NCBI GenBank assembly: GCA_034004515.1 | Contig: JAVEWN010000006.1 | Span: forward strand, 6,615 to 70,614 | Length of the DNA: 64,000 bases | Reading direction: 5' to 3' | Source: Anaerolineales bacterium | GTDB taxonomy: Bacteria; Chloroflexota; Anaerolineae; Anaerolineales; Villigracilaceae | Shown here: positions 1 through 8,418 of the stretch, one piece after another | How the letters are laid out: each line of letters begins with the position of its first letter | Position numbering within the stretch: position 1 is the first letter of the stretch | Notes under the pieces: model-generated | The model's database searches: none | What the model saw: the letters and a program-made list of their open reading frames with translations, nothing else | What the model was told of the DNA's origin: nothing | Position numbers and translations under genes: made by a program

Positions 1-159
1 GATAAGACTCCGCACTTCGTGCTGCTGGTCGAAGATTGGATGCGCCTCAGCAGCGAGTTGGATAGCGCGCGCGTCTCCGGGCGTATCCAGCAAAAAGGGA
101 AGCCAAAGCCCAAGCTAACGCCTGGCCTGCTGGATGACTTGAACAAACACCTTAAGTGA
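1..159 (+). CDS. 3' end of an unidentified CDS entering from the left edge (partial)
   Basis: Frame 1 is open from base 1 to TGA at 157-159 (...LLDDLNKHLK*). No recognisable domain in the 52 visible residues. Confidence 0.3.
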   Translation, partial: DKTPHFVLLVEDWMRLSSELDSARVSGRIQQKGKPKPKLTPGLLDDLNKHLK

Positions 160-340
160 CAGGCGTCATACTCAAACTTATGAATTACGTCACCAATAAA
201 AAGTGACATCCATAGCTGGACGAGCAATGCCCAAGCAGGTATCATACCAGCAAGAGATAGAGCGATAGCTCATACTGTCTCCTCCTTTGGCGAATGCCTC
301 CACTGGGTCCTCCCCCCGGTGGAGGCTGCGCTTTAAACAC

Positions 341-380
341 AAAACTTCCGAGGCCTTGCAGCCTCGGAAGTTTTATTTTG
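341..380 (-). terminator. Stem-loop terminator after the SET-domain gene
   Basis: Perfect 14-bp stem AAAACTTCCGAGGC / GCCTCGGAAGTTTT (341-354 / 361-374) with a 6-nt loop and T/A-rich flanks. Lies about 20 nt beyond the stop at 395-397. Confidence 0.65.
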
Positions 381-394
381 CTGAACGGGTTTCC

Positions 395-991
395 CTACTC
401 GTACAACGTGGCGGGGATGGCAACCGCTCCGCTGTAAGCATAGTTCTCGTGGCGGGGGGAACGGCGGGCCGCGGCGCGTTGTTCGCTGCGCCAGGCATCG
501 ATCTTACGCTGCACATGCGGCGCAAAAAAGCCTGCGTAACGCTTCTGCAGCTCGGGCAGGCGCCAGTCGTTGCCGGTCACGCTTCCACGGCAAGTACGCG
601 CGCCGCAGTTACAAGGGAACTCATCGTACGGGAGCGTATCGCTCATTGCATAATCAAAACATACTTCTTCGCCGGGATGTATATTACGCATTGCAACCAG
701 TGCTATCTGCCCCGAAAGCCCGGCATTGGGATTACAGGAGTGGTTGACATAATCACCTTCCCCGATCGGGCGCGGCACCAGGAAGTGGTTTTCTTCCACC
801 TGGATGCACAACGTCTGTTCAATTTCAGGAAGGGTAACAAAGGCGTCATATTCGTACACGACACCCCCGAAAACGGCTACGAGCTCGCCTTTTTTTAAAG
901 GCTGTTTGGCAAAAATGCCGTTTCCGTTGCCATCGGCTCTCGGGCGGCCTTGCAGCTTAGGTGACAGATGAGTACTGAGATGCTCTGACAT
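395..991 (-). CDS. SET-domain protein (putative protein-lysine methyltransferase)
   Basis: ORF track 198 aa. SET signatures NHSCNPN and EEVCFDY, plus a post-SET Cys cluster CNCGARTCRG. Confidence 0.85.
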   Translation of the reverse strand: MSEHLSTHLSPKLQGRPRADGNGNGIFAKQPLKKGELVAVFGGVVYEYDAFVTLPEIEQTLCIQVEENHFLVPRPIGEGDYVNHSCNPNAGLSGQIALVAMRNIHPGEEVCFDYAMSDTLPYDEFPCNCGARTCRGSVTGNDWRLPELQKRYAGFFAPHVQRKIDAWRSEQRAAARRSPRHENYAYSGAVAIPATLYE

Positions 992-1136
992 TCATACAAA
1001 TCCCTTTCTTTTCGAGTTAAAGATTGACGGCGTCCCCCCGGATGGCACCGGGCAAAACGCCAGAGGCGTTTAGTGTACAACAAATAACCAGACTGTAAAG
1101 GTTAAAAAGACCTGAATTTTTTATTCCCCAACACAC

Positions 1137-1166
1137 AAAAAAAAGTCCCTGCCGCAGTGGACAGGT
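1137..1166 (-). terminator. Probable intrinsic terminator downstream of nadD
   Basis: On the minus strand, a 6-bp stem CCTGTC / GGCAGG (one G-U pair) is followed by GAC and a run of 8 T (plus-strand A-run 1137-1144). Confidence 0.45.
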
Positions 1167-1285
1167 CTTTTTCGGCAGAAAAGCGATGGTTTTTTTACCG
1201 ATTCGGCAGGCAGATTTGGCTCAAATTTCAGATAATTTTATCAATCACAAAATCTGTTTCAAAGAAGCGCGCGGGTTGGGGAAAG

Positions 1286-1948
1286 TCAGGCTTTATCTCC
1301 CGCAGAAGCGTCAGAAAGATAAAGCCCCGCCTGGCAAACATATTCATAGACGCGCGGATGCAAGTAATACCGGAACGGCCGGCCCGCCGCGACACGCTGC
1401 CGCACCTGGCTGGACGAAATCTGGAGCAGAGGCACGTCCACCATCCGCACTTTGGCAGACAGGCCGGGCAGCCGCTTCTCAAGCACAGGCAAATCGACCC
1501 GATCATTCGGGCGGCGCATGACTCCCAGGGCCTGGCACAGCCGAAGGATTTCGTGCGGTTCGCGCCAGTCTGGCAGGGCGCGCAGCGAGTCGCCGCCCAT
1601 CAAAAAGACCAGTCCCTGCCCGGGGTTTTCGGCCTTGAGCAGGCGTAAAGTCTCCGCGGTGTACTGCGGGCTGGGCCGCCCAATTTCGACTTCACAAATT
1701 TCAAAGCGTGGCTCATCTGCAATTGCCCGTTGCAGCATCTCCAGCCGCTCGGCGACAGGTGTGATGGGGCGGGTCGGCTTATGAGGCGGGGCAGGGGTCA
1801 AGACCCACAGCAGACGATCCAGCCCAAGTTGCGCAAGCGACTCACACGCCAGGATCAAATGTCCAAGATGGGGCGGGTCAAACGTCCCGCCAAAAACGCC
1901 GGTCAGGCAGGGCGGCTTCACAAGATATCGCCTCAGACCCGCCGCCAT
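1286..1948 (-). CDS. nadD: Nicotinate-nucleotide adenylyltransferase
   Basis: GGTFDPPHLGH nucleotidyltransferase motif near the N-terminus. The ATG at 1948 overlaps the upstream gene by 16 nt. A GTG at 1921 with a GAGG upstream is an alternative start. Confidence 0.88.
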   Translation of the reverse strand: MAAGLRRYLVKPPCLTGVFGGTFDPPHLGHLILACESLAQLGLDRLLWVLTPAPPHKPTRPITPVAERLEMLQRAIADEPRFEICEVEIGRPSPQYTAETLRLLKAENPGQGLVFLMGGDSLRALPDWREPHEILRLCQALGVMRRPNDRVDLPVLEKRLPGLSAKVRMVDVPLLQISSSQVRQRVAAGRPFRYYLHPRVYEYVCQAGLYLSDASAGDKA

Positions 1949-2733
1949 TCAGCCAGCGGATTTCCGCCGCGCCAGAAATTGAGGCCATGCCAAAACAAGC
2001 CCAACTGCGAGAAAGCGAACCAGAGCAGAAAAACAGTCAGCGCAATGGAGGCAGTCTGCACCCAGCCCGGGAAAGACTGGCGGATCTCGCCCAATTGGGT
2101 GCGCCAACCGCCCAATTTCTGTTCGTAATCCACGATCACGAGCTGAAAGTTCTGCAAGTTCTGGATGGTTTCGCCCATGTCGCCGCCCATCAGGTAAGAA
2201 GCATCCTTCAAGAAGACAGCCGCTTGTTCAGCCAGGCCTTCCATATCTACAATTTGTTTATCGAGCGAGACGCCAATCGAAATAATTTCAGCCAGCAAAT
2301 CATCACCCGGCAGGTTCAAGTTCAAAAAGGGAATGTCGTTGATCTGCTGCAACGAAATGCGAATTTCCTCAACCGCCGTAACGACTTCACTAATTTGTTT
2401 ACGGGTTTCCTGCAAACCAGGCAGCATCTGGCCTTCCAGGTTGCCATCCACGATACCGAACATGGCCCGCGCCTGAGACAATTCGTCTTTGAGTTCGGCC
2501 AGGGTTTGCTCGGCAGATTCGACAATCCGCAGGGTGCGTTCAATTTCCAGGCGGGCATCTTTCAGGCTGGACTGGGCCAGTTCCAACTCGGAGTCAACTC
2601 CCTGAATGCGAGCCAAAACATCCCGCGTCAGGGGAGCTTTATAAAACCAGACCGCGCCGATACCGACCAGGCTGAACAGAAAGAAGAGGGCGCTCAGGCC
2701 AATTAAGGCCCCCGAAAGAATTTTTCTGATCAT
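1933..2733 (-). CDS. Membrane-anchored coiled-coil protein, function unknown
   Basis: Start moved to the internal ATG at 2733 (MIRKILSGALIGLSALFFLF..., preceded by AAAGGAA). N-terminal and C-terminal hydrophobic helices flank a long heptad-like E/L/Q-rich segment. Confidence 0.6.
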   Translation of the reverse strand: MIRKILSGALIGLSALFFLFSLVGIGAVWFYKAPLTRDVLARIQGVDSELELAQSSLKDARLEIERTLRIVESAEQTLAELKDELSQARAMFGIVDGNLEGQMLPGLQETRKQISEVVTAVEEIRISLQQINDIPFLNLNLPGDDLLAEIISIGVSLDKQIVDMEGLAEQAAVFLKDASYLMGGDMGETIQNLQNFQLVIVDYEQKLGGWRTQLGEIRQSFPGWVQTASIALTVFLLWFAFSQLGLFWHGLNFWRGGNPLAEWRRV

Positions 2734-2776
2734 GTTTATTCCTTTCTGTAACAAACCGCTTGCATAAAGCGATCCC

Positions 2777-2890
2777 GTCCTGAGCGGAGGCCCGCACGAT
2801 TCTGCGGGCCGCAGTCGAAGGGCATTTTCCTGCAAATCAGCCTGCGACTGTGCTCCCTTCGACTACGCTGAGAAACGCTCACTCAGGACG
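2777..2890 (+). repeat. Short intergenic repeat, family A copy 1
   Basis: About 70 nt (CCTGAGCGGAGGCCCGC..TTCTGCGGGCCGCAGTCGAAGG.CATTT.CC.GCAA.TCA.CCTGCGACT) matches the reverse complement of 22196-22280 with few substitutions. This copy carries an extra ~25-nt internal duplication. Confidence 0.7.
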
Positions 2891-2979
2891 AAAAATCTTA
2901 ATCTGCCATTATCAAAGTGGTACGATGTATTCATTATACGCGAGGAAGTTTTAGGGGCTATACGTGACATCCCCCCCCC

Positions 2980-3008
2980 TTGACAAAGCCAGACTGTTAG
3001 ACTATCAT
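2980..3008 (+). promoter_or_regulatory. Sigma-70-like promoter
   Basis: TTGACA (2980-2985), 17-nt spacer, TATCAT (3003-3008), upstream of the small ORF and ArsR-type gene. Confidence 0.5.
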
Positions 3009-3011
3009 CTA

Positions 3012-3029
3012 ATTAGATATATATCTAAT
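3012..3029 (+). promoter_or_regulatory. Candidate operator: perfect 18-bp palindrome
   Basis: ATTAGATATATATCTAAT is a perfect palindrome starting 4 nt after the -10 element. This is the typical position for a repressor (ArsR-family) operator. Confidence 0.5.
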
Positions 3030-3085
3030 AAAAATAGCTGCCTAACAGATTATTCGTACCCACTCAACAGAAGGAGAAAAACACG

Positions 3086-3262
3086 ATGACTCACACCCCA
3101 CAAATCTACGTCTTATTGGAAGAACGCGCCCGCCACGCCGCCCCCGATTGGAGCATTGAGCGCGCCCCAGCTCTACCGGCCGGTTTCGCCCGCTTCCGCC
3201 TGCATCTCGACTTGCAATTAGGGCCAATCTTCATTACAATCGGCGAGAAGATCGCGAGCTAA
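3086..3262 (+). CDS. Small hypothetical protein (58 aa), below the ORF-track length cutoff
   Basis: ATG at 3086 preceded by AAGGAG at 3071-3076, no internal stops, TAA at 3260-3262 (MTHTPQIYVLLEERARHAAPDW...GEKIAS). Sits between the promoter/operator and the ArsR-type gene. Confidence 0.4.
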   Translation: MTHTPQIYVLLEERARHAAPDWSIERAPALPAGFARFRLHLDLQLGPIFITIGEKIAS

Positions 3263-3297
3263 ACCGGCTCGCAGACCCGGCTCGTCAAGGAAATCGT

Positions 3298-4377
3298 ATG
3301 GCATCCAATCCAAACAGCGCGCGCCAGATCACGTGGGACTTTGGCACAGCGTATGAATTTTTCATCAGCTTGCAAGTGCTCCATAATCCCGAATATTATG
3401 GGGTGCGGGCCTCCTGGGCTGCCGGGGTCCGTTCACGCATCCCGGCGACTGAGCGCAAACTGCTCGAAGAAATCATGCCGTTCGTCGCGCCGCCTCTGGA
3501 TTGGATTTATGGCCTGCCCCAACCCAAAGATGCTTTAAGCGCGCTCTACAGCCTGCGCCAAATCCCCGCGGAGAAGCGTCTTGAGCAGGTTTTCATGGCC
3601 GAAGAACACCCGGAAGATGAATATTTCAGCCTGCTTCAGAAAATTTCTCGAAAATCCAGTTGGGATCAGGCCGATTTACAAGCCATCCGCAAAATGATGG
3701 GCAAAAAAGAAAAGGTCAAATATAACGACGAAAGCATCAGCCGTTTTCTGGAATGGTGGGTGCGGCCCGCAGAATTAGGCGAAGGCTACTTGAGCGCCCT
3801 GCAAGCCTACCAGCAGGCATTTTTTGAAGAAGAAGAACGGCGGGTGACGCCGGTCTTAAAAAATGGCCTGGAACACGCCCAAGAACTGGCCGCGAAATTA
3901 AGTACCCCGCAATTGCTGACGGAGCTTAGCCAGGGGGTACAATTTGCCGAAAACATTCTTGAAAAAGATTTGATTTTAATTCCGGCCTATTGGATCACGC
4001 CGCTGGTCATGTACCGCAATTTGGGCGAGCAAAAAACATTGATCCTGTTTGGCGCGCGCCCGGCCAATATGGCAGATATCCCCGGCGAGTTGGTTCCAGA
4101 TGATTTGCTGCGCAAGCTGAAAGCGCTGGCGGATCCGACCCGTCTTAAAATCCTGCGTTATCTTTCCAACGAAGAGTTGATGCCGTCTGAATTGGCTCGG
4201 CGGCTGCACCTGCGCGCGCCCACCGTTACCCACCACCTGAATGAACTGCGCCTGGCGGGTCTGGTCAACCTGCGCCTGCAAGGGCAGGAAAAACGCTATA
4301 CCGCCCGCCGGGAAGCCCTCCAGAATTCGTTTGACTTACTGCGCAACTTTCTGACTGCCGCCTCTGACGAAACCTAA
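3298..4377 (+). CDS. ArsR/SmtB-family transcriptional regulator with a ~260-aa N-terminal extension
   Basis: C-terminal winged HTH LKALADPTRLKILRYLSNEELMPSELARRLHLRAPTVTHHLNELRLAGLV. The N-terminal two thirds have no motif I recognise. Confidence 0.85.
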   Translation: MASNPNSARQITWDFGTAYEFFISLQVLHNPEYYGVRASWAAGVRSRIPATERKLLEEIMPFVAPPLDWIYGLPQPKDALSALYSLRQIPAEKRLEQVFMAEEHPEDEYFSLLQKISRKSSWDQADLQAIRKMMGKKEKVKYNDESISRFLEWWVRPAELGEGYLSALQAYQQAFFEEEERRVTPVLKNGLEHAQELAAKLSTPQLLTELSQGVQFAENILEKDLILIPAYWITPLVMYRNLGEQKTLILFGARPANMADIPGELVPDDLLRKLKALADPTRLKILRYLSNEELMPSELARRLHLRAPTVTHHLNELRLAGLVNLRLQGQEKRYTARREALQNSFDLLRNFLTAASDET

Positions 4378-4392
4378 GGACAGCCTTTTCTC

Positions 4393-5553
4393 ATGACCGA
4401 AACTGACTACGACCTGATCATCATCGGCGCTGGGCCAGCCGGCATTTCGACCGCGCTCCACCTCGCAAAAATATTTCCTGAGATCATCCAACGAACCCTG
4501 ATTCTTGAAAAAGCCCGCCACCCGCGCCACAAACTGTGCGGGGGCGGACTTTTGCCGGATGGCGAAATCATCTTAAAGCAATTGGGGCTTGATATTACCG
4601 AAATTGCGCACGTCGATGCGCCGTTTTCGCATTTCGACTTTGGCGGGCAGGGCCTGGCGATGACCGCCAACGACGGAACCGGAATCGCCTTCCGCTTGAT
4701 TCGGCGGGATGAGTTTGATGCCTGGCTGGCAGACAAAGCCCGCGTCAGCGGCTTCGAGATTCGGGAGGGCGTCACCGTCAAAACGGTAGAGGCTTCTGCC
4801 GAGGGATGTGTTGTCAGCACAGATCAGGGCGTTTTTCGGGCCAGGGCAGTGATCGGGGCAGATGGATCGAAGGGCAGCACCCGCCGGCTGGTGAATCCGC
4901 ACGAGAAGCCGCATTCGGCCCGAGCGTTGGAGCTGCTTGCATCCCCCAAACCGGGCTTATCGGCCCACGTTCAGCAGGATGCTTATTTCGATTTCCGCCC
5001 GATCATGGACGGGATTGGCGGTTATATCTGGGACTTCCCAACCCTGGTGGAGGGCGTTCCAACCCGCTGCTGGGGCATTTATGATGCCAATTTTAAGCCC
5101 GGCAAGGCGACGCGCGCCCTCAAAACCGTGCTGGCAGAAGAGATGAAAGCGCACGGTTATAACCTGGATGAGTATGAGGTTGAGGGCCACCCCATTCGCT
5201 GGTTCGAGGCTTCGGGCGAGTTTTCAATTCCCGGCCTGATTTTGGCCGGGGATGCCGCCGGAGTGGACGCGCTCTTCGGCGAGGGCGTTGCGCCTGCGCT
5301 GGGGTACGGACGGATCGCCGCGCAAGCGATTCAGGCCGCTTTTGAGAAGAATGATTTCTCTTTCAGCGACTACAAAAAACGGGTTTTAACTTCTGAAATG
5401 GGAAAATCGCTGCGCCTGCGGACGCTGACAGCCAAGGCCTTTTTCAGCCTGCGCAACGCGCCGCTGCAACGCTTTATCTGGACAAAAACGGGCGGGCCGA
5501 CCACCTGGTTTGTGCAAAAATTTTTGGTGTATTGGGCAAGAAGGCAAAAATAA
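4393..5553 (+). CDS. FAD-dependent oxidoreductase (geranylgeranyl reductase-like family)
   Basis: N-terminal dinucleotide fold DLIIIGAGPAGISTALHLA and a later GDAAG motif. Confidence 0.85.
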   Translation: MTETDYDLIIIGAGPAGISTALHLAKIFPEIIQRTLILEKARHPRHKLCGGGLLPDGEIILKQLGLDITEIAHVDAPFSHFDFGGQGLAMTANDGTGIAFRLIRRDEFDAWLADKARVSGFEIREGVTVKTVEASAEGCVVSTDQGVFRARAVIGADGSKGSTRRLVNPHEKPHSARALELLASPKPGLSAHVQQDAYFDFRPIMDGIGGYIWDFPTLVEGVPTRCWGIYDANFKPGKATRALKTVLAEEMKAHGYNLDEYEVEGHPIRWFEASGEFSIPGLILAGDAAGVDALFGEGVAPALGYGRIAAQAIQAAFEKNDFSFSDYKKRVLTSEMGKSLRLRTLTAKAFFSLRNAPLQRFIWTKTGGPTTWFVQKFLVYWARRQK

Positions 5554-5561
5554 GCCTCCCA

Positions 5562-5603
5562 AAAGCAAAAGATGAGAGCGGCCATGCTCTCATCTTTTGC
5601 TTT
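5562..5603. terminator. Bidirectional stem-loop between convergent genes
   Basis: Perfect 18-bp stem AAAGCAAAAGATGAGAGC / GCTCTCATCTTTTGCTTT with a 6-nt loop. It sits between the stop at 5551-5553 (+) and the recO stop at 5602-5604 (-). Confidence 0.7.
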
Positions 5604-6360
5604 AACCCTTTACACGTTTCAAAAATGCGGGCGTGTTCAGGCCGCGTTCGAGCAGATAGGTGAAATAGGCTTGCATCAGGCTTTCAAGTTCCTTTTGCTC
5701 CGCAGCGGTAGGATTGGCGCGGGCGGCGTCTTTGAAGCTGCTGCGCTGAAAATGACGCAGGTATTTGAGCGAGCCCATACTGATCGGCCATAATCCTGGC
5801 AGGCCGGCCCCGCAGCGCGGGCAAATGACTCCGCCGGAGGCCGCCGAGAAATATTGGTCTTCGGGCAAAATTTCGCGTTGACAATTGCTGCACAAAAACA
5901 ACTGCGGGCGAAACCCCAGGCTATCGAGCAGGCGCATCTCGTAAAAACGGAGGGCCAGCCAGGGTTCGATCTGCAAGGAAAGCCGGCCAAGGGTTTCGGT
6001 CAGCAGGCGAAAGATAACCGGATTACCGCCTTCCTCGTCGTAAGTGAAGCGGTCGAGCAGTTCCATCGCATAGGAAGCGTAGCCCATCAGCATCAAATCT
6101 TCGCGCAAGGGCAGGTAGGCATCCAGGGTTTCGACCTGGGTCACAATCGACAAGTCACGCGCGCGCGCCAGCTGGAGGGTGATGTGGGTAAACGGCTCCA
6201 GATGGCCGGCCTTGCGCGAGCGCATCTTGCGCGCGCCTTTGGCTACCGCACGCAGTTTGCCATACTCACGGGTATAAAGCGTCAGAATACGATCCGCTTC
6301 GCCCCAATCGGCGTGGCGCAAGACCACCGCTTCAACCCGGAAAGAGCGAGGCGCATCCAT
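5602..6360 (-). CDS. recO: DNA repair protein RecO
   Basis: Start moved to the ATG at 6360 (MDAPRSFRVEAVVLRH...). OB-fold N-terminus and a C-terminal zinc motif CSNC...CPRC. Confidence 0.85.
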   Translation of the reverse strand: MDAPRSFRVEAVVLRHADWGEADRILTLYTREYGKLRAVAKGARKMRSRKAGHLEPFTHITLQLARARDLSIVTQVETLDAYLPLREDLMLMGYASYAMELLDRFTYDEEGGNPVIFRLLTETLGRLSLQIEPWLALRFYEMRLLDSLGFRPQLFLCSNCQREILPEDQYFSAASGGVICPRCGAGLPGLWPISMGSLKYLRHFQRSSFKDAARANPTAAEQKELESLMQAYFTYLLERGLNTPAFLKRVKG

Positions 6361-6436
6361 ATCGGTAATTGGTAAATAGTAACTGGTAAGTAGTAACTGG
6401 CGGGTGGGGGCTATCCCAAACAGAGCCAATCACCAA

Positions 6437-6853
6437 TTACAAATTACCCTCTTTCCGAGGCAGCTTGGCCGGGGTAAAGGCCTCCGGCAGCAATTGGGCG
6501 ACCGTTGTTTCAAGCACCAGCTGGCCCTCGCCATTGGCAATTAAGACAATCGTTTCGAGGCCAAACTCGGCCAGCACCTGGCGGCAGCCGCCGCAGGGCG
6601 AGCCTCCGTTGTCCGTCACGACCGCGATGACCTCGAACTCGCGCTCGCCTTCTGAAACGGCCTTGTAGACCGCCACCCGTTCGGCGCACATCGTCGTCGG
6701 GTAGGCGGCGCTCTCCACGTTAACGCCGGTAAAAATGCGCCCGCTCACCGTCCGCAGGGCCGCACCGACCCGGTAATTGGAATAAGGGACATAGGCCCGT
6801 TTGCGGGCTTCGTTGGCAAAATCGATCAGGGCTTGTCGTTCTTCGTCAGTCAT
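6437..6853 (-). CDS. cdd: Cytidine deaminase
   Basis: Start moved to the ATG at 6853 (MTDEERQALIDFANEARK...), giving an ATGACTGA overlap with the glmU stop. Zinc ligand motifs CAERVA and PCGGCRQ. Confidence 0.9.
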   Translation of the reverse strand: MTDEERQALIDFANEARKRAYVPYSNYRVGAALRTVSGRIFTGVNVESAAYPTTMCAERVAVYKAVSEGEREFEVIAVVTDNGGSPCGGCRQVLAEFGLETIVLIANGEGQLVLETTVAQLLPEAFTPAKLPRKEGNL

Positions 6854-8207
6854 TCTTTTTATCCAGTTTTTTGATTGCGCGGGCGGGTACACCCACCACG
6901 AGTGTATCTTCGGGAACATTTCTGGTGACGACTGCGCCTGCGCCCGTCCGCGAGCGCGCGCCAATCTTGAGGGGCGCCACCAGCATCGTATCTGAGCCAA
7001 TAAAAACATCCTCGCCAATCGTGGTGGGGTGCTTATGCTGGCCGTCATAATTGCAGGTAATTGTACCCGCGCCAATATTGGTATTTGCGCCAATTTCGGC
7101 ATTGCCGATATACGAAAAATGGCCCATCTTGACGCCTTCGCTCAGGTGCGAATCTTTGACCTCGCCAAAATTCCCCATGTGAACATGGTTTCCAAGGTGG
7201 GCGCCCTTGCGCAGGCGCGCAAACGGGCCGATCTCGATATCGTTTTCAAGGACAGCGCTTTCCAGGTCAGACATCAGCAGCTTGCAACGGTCTCCAATTT
7301 TTGTGTTGCGGATGATGGTATTCGGCCCGATAGCGCAATCCTCGCCGATTTGGGTTTCGCCGTGCAAATACGTGTTCGGCCAGAGGACTGTATCCCGCCC
7401 AATCCGGACTCCCGCTTCGATGTAGATGGTCTCAGGCTGGATCATGGTCACGCCGTTCAGCAGGTGGGCGGTATTGATGCGTTTGCGCATGGCGGCTTCG
7501 GCCTCTGCCAGGTGAACGCGGCTGTTGACGCCAATCGTCTCGGCCATGTCGTCGAGCAGGATGGCCTGCACGGGCAGGTTCTGCTCGACCGCGAGAGCAA
7601 TCGTATCGGTCAGGTAATACTCACCCTTCGGCGAAAGCGGAATCCGTTTCAGCGCAGCCCAAAGCCATTCGGAGCGGAAGCAGTATGCGCCCACGTTGAG
7701 TTCCTTGAGCGCCAATTGAGCAGAATCGGCCTGAGCCTCCTCCACAATCGCAGCAACGCTGTCATCCGCCTTGCGAACAATCCGCCCAAAGCCACGCGGG
7801 TCTTGAGCGATGACGGTCAGCAAACTGATCGGGCCGGGGTTGGTCTGTTGGGCCGCTGCCAGGCGTTGAACCGTTTCGGGGCGCAGGAGCGGCATGTCGC
7901 CATAAGTGACCAGGACGAGATCAGACTGGCCCTTGAGCAGGCTTTCAGCCTGCATGACGGCGTGGCCGGTGCCAAGCTGCTCGGCCTGAATCGCAAAGCG
8001 GGCCGCTTCACCCAGCGCGGCCTGGACCGCTTCGGCCCCATGTCCAACCACCAGAACCGGAGTTTCAGTACCGGCGGCCCGGGCGGCTGCGAGGGCATAA
8101 AAAACCATCGGTTGGCCGCAGATTTTATGCAGCATTTTGGGCAGTTTGGACTTCATGCGCGTGCCTTGCCCGGCTGCAAGAATGAGAGGGGTTATTCTAA
8201 TCATCAA
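6846..8207 (-). CDS. glmU: Bifunctional UDP-N-acetylglucosamine pyrophosphorylase / GlcN-1-P N-acetyltransferase
   Basis: LAAGQGTRMKS nucleotidyltransferase signature plus a C-terminal left-handed beta-helix of hexapeptide repeats. TTG start. Confidence 0.95.
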   Translation of the reverse strand: MMIRITPLILAAGQGTRMKSKLPKMLHKICGQPMVFYALAAARAAGTETPVLVVGHGAEAVQAALGEAARFAIQAEQLGTGHAVMQAESLLKGQSDLVLVTYGDMPLLRPETVQRLAAAQQTNPGPISLLTVIAQDPRGFGRIVRKADDSVAAIVEEAQADSAQLALKELNVGAYCFRSEWLWAALKRIPLSPKGEYYLTDTIALAVEQNLPVQAILLDDMAETIGVNSRVHLAEAEAAMRKRINTAHLLNGVTMIQPETIYIEAGVRIGRDTVLWPNTYLHGETQIGEDCAIGPNTIIRNTKIGDRCKLLMSDLESAVLENDIEIGPFARLRKGAHLGNHVHMGNFGEVKDSHLSEGVKMGHFSYIGNAEIGANTNIGAGTITCNYDGQHKHPTTIGEDVFIGSDTMLVAPLKIGARSRTGAGAVVTRNVPEDTLVVGVPARAIKKLDKKND

Positions 8208-8228
8208 AGCTCCGAAATGGATGGTTGT

Positions 8229-8283
8229 GCAGAATGCAGAATGCAGAATGCAGAATTTTCATTCCACATTCTGCATTCTGCAT
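8229..8283 (-). repeat. Heptamer tandem repeat (GCAGAAT x4) folding into a long hairpin
   Basis: GCAGAAT repeats at 8229-8256, and CATTCTG x2 on the other arm. This gives a 23-bp stem (8234-8256 / 8261-8283) around a 4-nt loop. Lies between tRNA-Gln and glmU. Confidence 0.85.
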
Positions 8284-8293
8284 TTCAATGAGG

Positions 8294-8364
8294 CTGGGGC
8301 GCCTGGATTCGAACCAAGATCCACGGCTCCAAAGGCCGGTGTGCTGCCATTGCACCACGCCCCA
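8294..8364 (-). tRNA. tRNA-Gln (anticodon TTG)
   Basis: Hand-folded cloverleaf: acceptor TGGGGCG/CGCCCCA, D stem GTGC/GCAC, anticodon stem CCGGC/GCCGT with loop CTTTGGA, T arm CTTGG-TTCGAAT-CCAGG, discriminator G. CCA is not encoded. Confidence 0.85.
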
Positions 8365-8418
8365 GTGAGCGGGCAATATTGTATCACAGGGTTTTGCAGC
8401 ACGCAACCAGACAATTTT

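Noticed and set aside
190-273. 27-aa minus-strand ORF (MSYRSISCWYDTCLGIARPAMDVTFYW) with a strong GGAGGAG Shine-Dalgarno
   Set aside because: Too short, with no context or motif to support it. It is noted only because of the very good RBS, and would need conservation or ribosome-profiling evidence.
6854-7102. N-terminal extension of the cdd ORF (221-aa version)
   Set aside because: The extension overlaps the glmU 3' end in another frame and is Arg/Trp-rich nonsense. The ATG at 6853 gives a normal-length cytidine deaminase with an ATGA-type coupling to glmU.
8229-8256. Possible CRISPR or other array (GCAGAAT x4)
   Set aside because: The unit is only 7 nt with no spacers. It is a microsatellite-type repeat that forms one arm of a hairpin, not a CRISPR array. 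No cas genes are in the window.
7029-8291. 420-aa plus-strand ORF
   Set aside because: It lies antisense to glmU, which has unmistakable motifs. It is Arg/Ala/Gly-rich with no motifs, a typical shadow ORF of GC-rich DNA.
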